Assembly: GCA_963713825.1 (NCBI GenBank)
Contig: CAVQNG010000004.1
Location: 193,444-257,443, forward strand
Direction: 5' to 3'
Source: an uncultured Acidobacteriota bacterium
Lineage (GTDB): Bacteria > Acidobacteriota > Thermoanaerobaculia > Multivoradales > JAHEKO01
DNA length: 64,000 nt
The translations under genes were made by a program, and so were the position numbers. Positions 20,721 to 28,383 of the stretch are shown one piece after another. The notes under the pieces are model-generated. The model worked only from the letters and a program-made list of their open reading frames with translations, was not told the DNA's origin and did no database searches. Position 1 is the first letter of the stretch. Each line of letters starts with the position of its first letter.

Positions 20721-20765
20721 ACACGACAGCACTTTGAAGATCGGACGAACACTGAAGACTAGAGC

Positions 20766-21167
20766 TCAACGAAACACGACACCTAGCAGCCCCAACAGCC
20801 AGATGATGGTGAACAGCAGTGCCAGGAAAATAACGAACTCGATCAAGACATACACGATCCGAGTTCCTGAAACCGTCTGATTCTGAGTCTTCTGATCAAT
20901 CGAGATCCTGGCCCTCTTGATGAGAGGAATCGCGCCGAATCCCTCGACGAGAGCCTCACCTGCAACCCAAACCAGCGGCGCCAAGAAGACGTACAGCAGC
21001 CACCCGCTGAATGATCTCGGTATCAGTCCATGGATGAGGACGAGAAACAGACCGAACGCCGCCCACAGGACCAAGAAGAATATGACGGCTCCTCCACCGT
21101 CGATCAGCCGGTCGAGTAAGCGCCAATGACGCGGCCGCTCTGTAGGAACAAGGCTCTCGTCCGACAT
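20766..21167 (-). CDS. Hypothetical small polytopic membrane protein (133 aa, about 4 TM)
   Basis: ATG at 21167 (MSDESLV...). Hydrophobic segments AVIFFLVLWAAFGLFLVLI, WLLYVFLAPLVWVAG and IVYVLIEFVIFLALLFTIIWLLGLLGVV. Visibly lower GC than the neighbours. Confidence 0.55.
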   Translation of the reverse strand: MSDESLVPTERPRHWRLLDRLIDGGGAVIFFLVLWAAFGLFLVLIHGLIPRSFSGWLLYVFLAPLVWVAGEALVEGFGAIPLIKRARISIDQKTQNQTVSGTRIVYVLIEFVIFLALLFTIIWLLGLLGVVFR

Positions 21168-21264
21168 AGCCTCTTCAGTCTCGGTCCTCTGGCCACAAAA
21201 GGAAGAGATCGAGCCCACCCCAGAGAGCGGCAATTGCGAACGAGGCCAGAATTCCCTTCCACGG

Positions 21265-21363
21265 TCACTCGAAGATCGCAACGCCGATGCCGACAACCAA
21301 GGCCACGACAAGGGCAGCCGCTGCCACTGCGAGTTCCAACGTGCCTTCATCCCAACGAGACAT
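21265..21363 (-). CDS. Possible 32-aa single-TM peptide
   Basis: MSRWDEGTLELAVAAAALVVALVVGIGVAIFE. The ATG is preceded by AAGGAAG. Too short for anything beyond weak support. Confidence 0.25.
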   Translation of the reverse strand: MSRWDEGTLELAVAAAALVVALVVGIGVAIFE

Positions 21364-21455
21364 GGCTTCCTTTGAGGGACTGTAACACTGCCGTAGTCGG
21401 AGCCCACCTAGACAGAGCCGGATCCTACCCCCCGCCCAAACCGATTTCTCACGGC

Positions 21456-21633
21456 GGTGACAGAGGCTCGTCCGGGTGGTTCGACAGGGGGCGCCTCGCC
21501 GAGCGCAGCGCAAGGTCCACAAGAGGAAACAAGAGATGAGGCGCGATGACGAGACGAGGCGGCGGCCCGTCCGTCAAAGTCCGAATAGCCGCCGCCGTCC
21601 CCCTGCGAACCACCCGGACGGGCCTCTGGCACC
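21456..21633 (+). repeat. Long-hairpin GC-rich repeat, copy 1 (MITE-like element or structured RNA)
   Basis: Terminal arms of about 35 nt are inverted complements with 2-3 bulges: ggtgacagaggctcgtccgggtggttcgacaggggg and ccccctgcgaaccacccggacgggcctctggcacc. The conserved core gagcgcagcgcaagg...gatgaggcgcgatgacgagac is shared with 60941-61159. Confidence 0.75.
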
Positions 21634-21800
21634 GATCAAGGCTATAGGGGCGTAGGGGCTTAAGGGCGTAGGGGGTGAGTAAGTAGTCGGAATTTTGGTG
21701 TGTCTTGAGGGTGGTAGATCGGGCCATGGGTCTCCCTCGTCGGAGGGGCATGGTCGGGTGAGGCCGCAGACGAGGGAGATCCCTGGTTCGATCGGCCGTC

Positions 21801-21868
21801 TCAAACCCCAAGCCCCCAAGGATCGGCTGGAGCAAGCGACAGCCGCCTCAAACCCCAAGCCCTCAAAG
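21801..21868 (+). repeat. Pair of 21-nt direct repeats TCAAACCCCAAGCCCYCAARG, 47 nt apart
   Basis: 21801-21821 and 21848-21868. The same motif pair occurs at 61790-61855, and an inverted copy at 49545-49560. Confidence 0.7.
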
Positions 21869-21870
21869 AA

Positions 21871-21891
21871 CGCCCGGCGGAGAGCCGGGCG
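21871..21891 (-). terminator. Candidate intrinsic terminator downstream of recX
   Basis: 8-bp GC stem cgcccggc/gccgggcg with a 5-nt loop, 3 nt after the recX stop. On the minus strand it is followed by TTCTTTG. Confidence 0.4.
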
Positions 21892-21893
21892 CC

Positions 21894-22352
21894 TCAACCC
21901 TCTGTTTCGATCTCGTCGAGAATCGTCAGGATGACGCCCATCGAGAAGCCGCGGCGCTCGAGGTAGCGGCCGGCCGCGGCTCTGTCGCCAAAGCCCTTCG
22001 AGCGCTTCTCTAGGGCCCGCCTAGCTCCTGCGAGCTCATCGCCCGTGCTCCCGTAGACCGCTGCCACCGCTGCTTCGGCGATCTCCGCCTCCACGCCCTT
22101 GCGCTCCAGCTCTGCACGGATGCGGCGGGGCCCATAGCCCTTGCGCGCCAAGGGTCCTGTCGCCATCTCGATGGCGAATCGCCGATCGTCGAGCCAACCA
22201 CGGGACTCGAGCTTCTGCAGGGTCTCCTCGACCTCTTGGTCGCTGAAGCTTCGGGCCGTCAGCTTGCGCGCCAGCTCGGCCTTGAAATGAGGACGCTGCG
22301 CCAGAAGACGCAGCGCTTTGTCTTGGCACTTCTCAGCAGGTGTACTCGCCAG
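21894..22352 (-). CDS. recX: Regulatory protein RecX
   Basis: Three-helix repeat pattern (KALRLLAQRPHFKAELARKL..., GYGPRRIRAELERKGV..., RYLERRGF). The only canonical in-frame start is the ATG at 22166, which would remove the first repeat. The open frame extends to 22424. The 22352 end is a CTG and is tentative. Confidence 0.7.
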   Translation of the reverse strand: MASTPAEKCQDKALRLLAQRPHFKAELARKLTARSFSDQEVEETLQKLESRGWLDDRRFAIEMATGPLARKGYGPRRIRAELERKGVEAEIAEAAVAAVYGSTGDELAGARRALEKRSKGFGDRAAAGRYLERRGFSMGVILTILDEIETEG

Positions 22353-22389
22353 GGTTACCCACCTCGGAAAACAACAATAATCACTCGGG

Positions 22390-23559
22390 TCAGGTCTGAT
22401 CGATCTCGAACGGCGACTCGGCCGCCATCATTCCAGTGTCTTCGATCTCGAGCGTCGATTCCATCTGCTCGCGGGCGACGTCGGCCGTGAACTGAACTCC
22501 CTGGACCTTGAGCTTGAACTCGTCCGGGTTGGTGGAGCGCCGCAGCGCCTCGTCCAACGTGATCAGGCCGGACTTGTACAGCTGGTAGAGCGATTGGTCG
22601 AAGGTCTGCATGCCGTACTGACTGGTGCCGAGCGAGATCTGCTCACGAATGTACTTGGTGCGCTCCTTGTTCTCGATGCACTCCCTGATGTACGGCGTGG
22701 CGATCATCACTTCGACCGCCGGGACTCGGCCCGTGCCGTCGGCTCGCGGCACCAGACGCATGGATATCGCGGCACGAAGGACTTGCGCCAGCTGGATCCG
22801 AATCTGCTTCTGCTGATGCGGTGGGAACACGGAGATGATTCGATTGATCGTCTCGGTAGCGTCCAGAGTGTGCAGCGTCGAGAGTACGAGATGCCCGGTT
22901 TCGGCCGCCAGCAGCGCTGTTTCAATGGTCTCGTAGTCGCGCATCTCACCAACCAGAATGACATCTGGGTCCTGACGGAGGGCGACGCGCATGGCCTGTG
23001 GGAAGCCCAACGTGTCGACCTCGACTTCGCGTTGATTGACGATCGACTTCTTGTCCCGGTGCAGGAACTCGATGGGATCCTCGATCGTGATGATGTGCTC
23101 GAGCCGGTTGGCGTTGATGTGGTCGATGATGCCAGCCAACGTGGTCGACTTACCCGAGCCGGTGGTTCCGGTACAGAGAATCAGGCCGCGCCGCTCGAGG
23201 CAGAGCTTCTCGAGCACCTTCGGCAGCAGCAGCTCCCGAAGCGTCTTGATGCGAGCCGGAATGACACGCAGGACCAGGCCGACGGATCCCCGCTGTTGGA
23301 ACACGTTGCAGCGGAATCGGCCAAGGCCCGGCACCGAGTAGGCGATATCGATCTCGAACTCTTCCTTGAAGCGCTGTTTCTGCCGCGCGTTCATGATCGA
23401 GAACGCCATCGCCACCGTGTCTTCCTGCATCAGGCGCTTGAACTCGGTGAGGGGCTGCAGCTCACCGTCGACCCGAACCACCGGGTGGCTACCCACCTTC
23501 AGATGGAGGTCGGATGCGTCGCGCTCGATCGCGAACTTGAGCAGATCATTGAGATTCAT
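22390..23559 (-). CDS. pilT: Type IV pilus retraction ATPase, PilT/PilU family
   Basis: ASDLHL, Walker A GTTGSGKST, Asp/His boxes (EDPIEF..., LVGEMRD, TGHLVLSTLHT). SD AAGGAG upstream. Confidence 0.92.
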   Translation of the reverse strand: MNLNDLLKFAIERDASDLHLKVGSHPVVRVDGELQPLTEFKRLMQEDTVAMAFSIMNARQKQRFKEEFEIDIAYSVPGLGRFRCNVFQQRGSVGLVLRVIPARIKTLRELLLPKVLEKLCLERRGLILCTGTTGSGKSTTLAGIIDHINANRLEHIITIEDPIEFLHRDKKSIVNQREVEVDTLGFPQAMRVALRQDPDVILVGEMRDYETIETALLAAETGHLVLSTLHTLDATETINRIISVFPPHQQKQIRIQLAQVLRAAISMRLVPRADGTGRVPAVEVMIATPYIRECIENKERTKYIREQISLGTSQYGMQTFDQSLYQLYKSGLITLDEALRRSTNPDEFKLKVQGVQFTADVAREQMESTLEIEDTGMMAAESPFEIDQT

Positions 23560-23705
23560 GGTGTTGCTCCTTCAAGTCGCCTGGGTATCGAATCGATGAC
23601 TCCAGATGCGGCAATCGGCCGAGAACTCTTTCGGAAAAGGGTAGCGACCGCCTGGAAGGGTGTCAATCGAACCAGTTACACCCTTCCCAGCTACGCCCAC
23701 GCCGG

Positions 23706-24419
23706 CTAACCAGTGCGATGGCTAGAAGCCAGCAGGAGGGCGCCGCCGACCACCGCGGCGGTCTCAGTGCGCAGGATACGGGGCCCCAGGGTCAACGACA
23801 GGCATCCCAGCACTTTCATGTCCTCGATCTCCCTTTCCTCCCACCCTCCTTCAGGGCCTACCAGCAAACTTGCCGACCCGAAAACACTGATCCTCTCCCG
23901 GGTGTCCGCCTCCGGGTCCAGGGTCCAGGTCGTCTCGGACTCGGCGGTCAATGCCGCCAACTCGTGCCAGTCGTGGACGCCTGAGATCTCCGGCACCAGC
24001 GATCGATGCGACTGCATCACGGCGGCCGACGCGACTCGCCGCAACCGCTCCAAAGTGCCCGGCCCACAGCTTCGAGGACCTCTGCCCGATCGAATGAGAC
24101 GAATCGCGCTGACGCCAATCTCCGTACTCTTCTCGACCAACCAGGTCAGCCGCTGGGGCTTCGGAGGTACAACCAGCAGCTCCAGCCAGATCACCGGTTC
24201 ATTGGCCGGCGCCTCTTCGGCCAGTTCCAGATGTCCGGCGAGCCGGTCGATCCGTGTCACTCGCGCCCACCTCGCTCGACCGCGACCATCGACCACGCGC
24301 AACAGATCACCGACTTTCTGCCGCCGGGCCCTGAAGAGATGCGTGTACCGATCGCCCTCGATCTCTACGACTTCGGCCTGGTCAAATTCCTCGGGTGATA
24401 GGAGAACTGTTGTCGTCAT
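23706..24419 (-). CDS. rsmE: 16S rRNA (uracil1498-N3)-methyltransferase
   Basis: RsmE pattern: HLFRARRQKVGDLLRVVDG, LLVGPEGGW and LGPRILRTETA. The ATG at 24419 overlaps the prmA stop (ATGA). Confidence 0.88.
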   Translation of the reverse strand: MTTTVLLSPEEFDQAEVVEIEGDRYTHLFRARRQKVGDLLRVVDGRGRARWARVTRIDRLAGHLELAEEAPANEPVIWLELLVVPPKPQRLTWLVEKSTEIGVSAIRLIRSGRGPRSCGPGTLERLRRVASAAVMQSHRSLVPEISGVHDWHELAALTAESETTWTLDPEADTRERISVFGSASLLVGPEGGWEEREIEDMKVLGCLSLTLGPRILRTETAAVVGGALLLASSHRTG

Positions 24420-25282
24420 GCCGCCTTCTCCATCCAACATGCCATCCAGTCGCCTGCCAGGCGCGACCGCTTCTCCACCATCCCCAGGTCCGCCAGCTCT
24501 CGAAGGTACGCTCCGCGTTGCTCCGCTAGCAGACCTGAAACGACCATTTCACCTTCCGGAGGCAGGAGAGCGACAATCGATTCGAGAAAATCGCGGATCC
24601 TCTCCGGCAAGACGTTGACCAGCGCCAGGTCGAACTGCTGCGTCGACCGAAGGCACTCCACCGTTCCAGCCACAAGACGAGGGGCCAGCCGATTCAGATG
24701 GCAGTTCTCGAGGGCCGCCAGGGCAGCGGCCGGATCGATATCCACTCCAACGACCTCCGTTGCGCCCAAGACCAGTGCAACAAAGGCCAGGATCCCTGTC
24801 CCGGTTCCCACGTCGAGTACCCTCGCGCCTTCCAGGCTGCGCCCCTCCATCAGCTCGACTGCCAATTGAGTGGACTCGTGACTACCAGTTCCAAAAGCCG
24901 AGCGGGCCGGGATTTGCAGTAGGACACGTTCAAAAGGGGGTTCGGTAGAGGTCTCTTCGGGCTCCCGCGGATCGACCAGAAATCGCTGGCCAATCGCTAG
25001 CGGACGGCTCTGTCGACGGTACTCCGCCAGCCAGTCTGCAGCAGGAACCATCTCCACCTTGTCGAGCCGAGCGCCCGGCCACCCGGCCGAGCTTTCGATG
25101 CACTGTTGGACTTCCGATGAGAGAGGCGGCACGAAATAGGCCAGAAGCTGAGGCTTACCGGGCTCGGTCGCTGGGACCGCCTCCAGTCCAAGAGTACCGA
25201 GCGTCCACAGCTCCGCGACCAGTCGCTCCTCCGACTCGTCTGTGAGCGTGAATCGTAGGCAAAGGTAGTCAGCCACTGTCAC
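24416..25282 (-). CDS. prmA: Ribosomal protein L11 methyltransferase
   Basis: SAFGTGSHESTQL, the SAM motif VLDVGTGTGILA, and its position after dnaJ. Confidence 0.88.
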   Translation of the reverse strand: MTVADYLCLRFTLTDESEERLVAELWTLGTLGLEAVPATEPGKPQLLAYFVPPLSSEVQQCIESSAGWPGARLDKVEMVPAADWLAEYRRQSRPLAIGQRFLVDPREPEETSTEPPFERVLLQIPARSAFGTGSHESTQLAVELMEGRSLEGARVLDVGTGTGILAFVALVLGATEVVGVDIDPAAALAALENCHLNRLAPRLVAGTVECLRSTQQFDLALVNVLPERIRDFLESIVALLPPEGEMVVSGLLAEQRGAYLRELADLGMVEKRSRLAGDWMACWMEKAA

Positions 25283-25367
25283 CAGTCAGGCCCCACGCAA
25301 TCCTCTTCGCCCCTGCGGCTGCGGCGAGGCCATTGGGCTCGACGTCAGCGACGCCGGACTGCCGGAA

Positions 25368-26495
25368 TCAGCCGAACAGGTCTCGAACCCGCCCGATCAC
25401 GCCCCGCTCGCCCTTGACCTCGTCTCCGTCGATCTCGGCGAGCCGACGCAGCAACTCCACCTGCTCCTCGGAGAGCTCCCTGGGCTTCGGTACGACAACT
25501 CGGGCGCGGACGAAGTGATCACCGCGACCCCGCCCATCGAGACGATCGATACCCTGACCGGCCAGCTTGAACTCCTTGCCGTCCGGTGTTCCGGATGGGA
25601 CCTCCAGCGGCACCGCGCCGTGCAGGGTCTCGACGTCCACCGCGGTACCGAGAACCGCTTGCGGGAAACTCAGATCGAGCCGGCTCATGGTATGGGCGCC
25701 CTCGCGCTCGAACTGCGGGTGGGCCTCGACGAAGATATCGACGTAGAGATCGCCTGCCGGCCCTCCCCGACGACCGTGCTCGCCCTCACCTGTGAGGCGC
25801 AGGCGTGTGCCCGTGTCCACTCCTGCCGGGATCTTGACCTCGATCGTGCGCGCCTCCTCGACCCTGCCCTCTCCGGCACAGGCTGGGCACGGATTGGTGA
25901 TGATCCGTCCGTCTCCCCTGCACTGCGGGCAGGTACGAGCCACCGTGAAGAACCCCTGACTGATTCGGACCTGCCCATAGCCGCCACAGGTCGAGCAGGT
26001 TTGCGGCGACGAATCGGGACCGCTGCCGGACCCCTCACACTGCTCACAGCTCTCCAGGCGCGGGATCTTCAGCTCCTGCTCGGTTCCAAAGGCGGCCTCT
26101 TCGAGGGCAAGGCTCAGTTGATAGCGCAGATCTGCGCCCGGTTCGCCCCGGCCGCGGCGCCCTCCTTGGCCGGCGAACAAATCACCGAAATTGACGCCGA
26201 AGAAATCACCCAGGATGTCGGCGAAATCACCGAAGGTCGAAGTGTCGAAACCACCGAATCCCTGTCCGGAGACCCCTTGGTGGCCGAATCGATCGTAACG
26301 CGCCCTCTGGTTCGAATCCGACAGGACCGAATAGGCTTCGGCGGCCTCCTTGAACTTCTCCTCGGCCTCCTTGTCACCCGGGTTCCGGTCCGGGTGAAAG
26401 CGCACCGCGAGCTTTCGGTAGGCGGACTTGATCTCGGCCTCCGAGGCTTCCCGGCCGATCGCCAGGACCTCGTAGTAATCGCGTTTTGTCGCCAT
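25368..26495 (-). CDS. dnaJ: Molecular chaperone DnaJ
   Basis: J domain KRDYYEVL...HPDRNPGD, a G/F region, and four CxxCxGxG zinc-finger repeats. The ATG at 26495 gives the canonical N-terminus. Confidence 0.95.
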   Translation of the reverse strand: MATKRDYYEVLAIGREASEAEIKSAYRKLAVRFHPDRNPGDKEAEEKFKEAAEAYSVLSDSNQRARYDRFGHQGVSGQGFGGFDTSTFGDFADILGDFFGVNFGDLFAGQGGRRGRGEPGADLRYQLSLALEEAAFGTEQELKIPRLESCEQCEGSGSGPDSSPQTCSTCGGYGQVRISQGFFTVARTCPQCRGDGRIITNPCPACAGEGRVEEARTIEVKIPAGVDTGTRLRLTGEGEHGRRGGPAGDLYVDIFVEAHPQFEREGAHTMSRLDLSFPQAVLGTAVDVETLHGAVPLEVPSGTPDGKEFKLAGQGIDRLDGRGRGDHFVRARVVVPKPRELSEEQVELLRRLAEIDGDEVKGERGVIGRVRDLFG

Positions 26496-26508
26496 TTCCT
26501 GGTGCGTT

Positions 26509-28344
26509 CTAGGTCGGCTCGGAGGCGTCCGGCTCCTCGACCTCTTGCAGCATGAGCTCCGAGAGCTGACGCGAGACACTGTTGAGATCGAACATCGCCG
26601 CCTCGAGGTCGGCCCGGTCGCCGCTCGTCAGGGCCATCCTCGACTTGAGCAGAATCTCGCGAATCTGCTGCCGCTCGTTGCCGTCCACCATATCCTTGAA
26701 CTGATCGATGACCTTCTCGTTGGTGTAGATCAGACCTTCGAGCCGGTTCTTCAGTCGACGAATCTCACGTCGCTCGCTGTCCTCGCGGGAGTACTCTTCG
26801 GCTTCACCGATCAGGCGGTCGATCTCCTCCTTCGTCAAACCGCCGGCCGGATTGATCTGCACGCTCTGGGACCGGTTGGTAGCCACATCCCGGGCCGAAA
26901 CACTGACGATGCCGTTGGAATCGATCGAAAACGTGACCTCGATTTGTGGCACCCCGCGGGGCGCCGGTGGAATACCGACCAGGTCGAACTTGCCGAGGGA
27001 CTTGTTCTCGGCAGCGATCTCCCGCTCGCCCTGCAGAACGTGGATCTCGACCGTGTCCTGGTTGTCCACCACCGTGGTGAAGACCTGCGTTGCTTTCGTC
27101 GGAATCGTCGAGTTGCGCTCGATCAATTTGGTGAAAAGACCGCCCCGGGTCTCGACACCGATCGACAGCGGCGTGACGTCCAAGAGGACGATATCCTTGA
27201 TATCGCCTCGCAGAATGCCGCCCTGAATCGCGGCGCCGATAGCGACGACCTCGTCCGGGTTGATCTCCCGATTCGGGGGACGCCCGAAGACCCTCTCCAC
27301 TGCCTGCATCACCTTCGGAGTTCGGGTCTGACCTCCGACCAGGAGCACCTCGTCGATCTGATCGGGACGGATGGCCGCGGCTTCGATCGCCTCGAGAAAG
27401 GGTCCCTCGGTGCGCTTGACCAGATCGTCGACCATCTCCTCGAAGGTCGACCGCTTCAGGGTTCTCACAAGGTGCTTGGGGCCGCTCTCATCGGCCGAGA
27501 TGAACGGCAGATTGATCGGCACCTCCTCGGAGGCGGAGAGCTCGCACTTGGCCCGTTCAGCGGCCTCTTTGAGTCGCTGCAGAGCCATTCGGTCAGCCCT
27601 CAGATCGATGCCGGTCTCCGCCTGGAACTCGGAGATGAGCCAATCCATGACTCGCTGATCAAAGTCCTCGCCGCCGAGGTAGGTATCACCCGAAGTGGCC
27701 TTGACCTCGAAGACACCGTGCGACAGCTCGAGAATGGAGATGTCGAAAGTGCCACCACCCAAGTCGTAGACGGCAATGGTCTTGCCGCCTGGATCCCTGT
27801 CCACCCCGTAGGCCAGGGCGGCTGCCGTCGGCTCGTTGATGATCCGCAAGACCTCGAGACCAGCAATTCGGCCGGCGTCACGGGTGGCCTGACGTTGGGA
27901 GTCGTTGAAGTAGGCCGGCACCGTGATGATCGCTTCAGTGATCTCCTCGCCGAGCGCTTCCTCAGCGAACGCCTTGATCTCTCTGAGAATGAAGGCCGAG
28001 ATCTCCTCGGGACTGTGCTGTTTTTCCCGCGCCTCGATCGCGACATCGCCGTTGGCAGCCTCGACCAGGGGGAACGGCAGCACGTCTCTGGCTCTTTCGA
28101 TCTCCGGATCGCTGAATTTGCGCCCGATCAGTCGCTTGACGGAAAAGACGGTATTGCGCGGATTGATGATGGCCTGACGCTTGGCGATCTGACCGACGAG
28201 CCGCTCACCTTCTTCCGTGAAAGCGACGATCGAGGCGGTCGTCCGACTGCCCTCGCGATTGCTGATGACGCGAGGTGAGGCCACATCGACCACCGCCACA
28301 CAGCTGTTCGTCGTTCCGAGATCGATTCCGAGGATCTTGCTCAC
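26509..28344 (-). CDS. dnaK: Molecular chaperone DnaK (Hsp70)
   Basis: GIDLGTTNSCVAV, DLGGGTFD and VLLVGGQTRTPKV signatures. Confidence 0.97.
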   Translation of the reverse strand: MSKILGIDLGTTNSCVAVVDVASPRVISNREGSRTTASIVAFTEEGERLVGQIAKRQAIINPRNTVFSVKRLIGRKFSDPEIERARDVLPFPLVEAANGDVAIEAREKQHSPEEISAFILREIKAFAEEALGEEITEAIITVPAYFNDSQRQATRDAGRIAGLEVLRIINEPTAAALAYGVDRDPGGKTIAVYDLGGGTFDISILELSHGVFEVKATSGDTYLGGEDFDQRVMDWLISEFQAETGIDLRADRMALQRLKEAAERAKCELSASEEVPINLPFISADESGPKHLVRTLKRSTFEEMVDDLVKRTEGPFLEAIEAAAIRPDQIDEVLLVGGQTRTPKVMQAVERVFGRPPNREINPDEVVAIGAAIQGGILRGDIKDIVLLDVTPLSIGVETRGGLFTKLIERNSTIPTKATQVFTTVVDNQDTVEIHVLQGEREIAAENKSLGKFDLVGIPPAPRGVPQIEVTFSIDSNGIVSVSARDVATNRSQSVQINPAGGLTKEEIDRLIGEAEEYSREDSERREIRRLKNRLEGLIYTNEKVIDQFKDMVDGNERQQIREILLKSRMALTSGDRADLEAAMFDLNSVSRQLSELMLQEVEEPDASEPT

Positions 28345-28383
28345 GTCATACCTTCCCTGCGGTTGTCAGCATAGGGCAGGAAA

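Noticed and set aside
20484-20732. 83-aa N-terminal extension of the alaS ORF
   Set aside because: The canonical AlaRS N-terminus (MNSKQIRQSFVDFF) starts at 20483. The extension is translated repeat sequence (RVAVAVPLRATP...) with no stop by chance.
21470-21495. tmRNA-like 5' motif GGTGGTTCGACAGGGGG
   Set aside because: It resembles the GGxxTTCGACAGGG start of tmRNA. However, there is no tag reading frame and no tRNA-like 3' end (GGTTCGAATCC...CCA). The motif is one arm of an inverted repeat and occurs in multiple copies.
21520-21556. Hammerhead-like GAAAC ... GAUGAG elements in the core of repeat copy 1
   Set aside because: The GAAA is not conserved in copy 2 (it reads GAAC), and no three-stem junction with a CUGAUGA core can be built.
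21456-21633. Integron attC site interpretation of the bulged imperfect palindrome
   Set aside because: No GTTRRRY/RYYYAAC boundary motifs, no integrase, no cassette array, and the element is longer than typical attC sites.
21781-21800. tRNA T-loop-like GGTTCGATC
   Set aside because: The flanking bases do not form a T-stem or an acceptor stem, and no cloverleaf can be drawn.
21801-21868. CRISPR-like spaced direct repeats
   Set aside because: There are only two units per locus, the repeats are 21 nt long with about 26-nt spacers, and there are no cas genes and no leader. They fit better as an intergenic repeat module.
25368-26579. 28-aa N-terminal extension of DnaJ
   Set aside because: The J domain begins at the internal MATKRDYYEVL. 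The extension is Ser/Arg-rich and overlaps the 3' end of dnaK.
26545-28278. 577-aa plus-strand ORF antisense to dnaK
   Set aside because: Long open antisense frames opposite Hsp70 genes are a well-known compositional artefact. The sense strand is an unmistakable DnaK, and the antisense product has no motifs.
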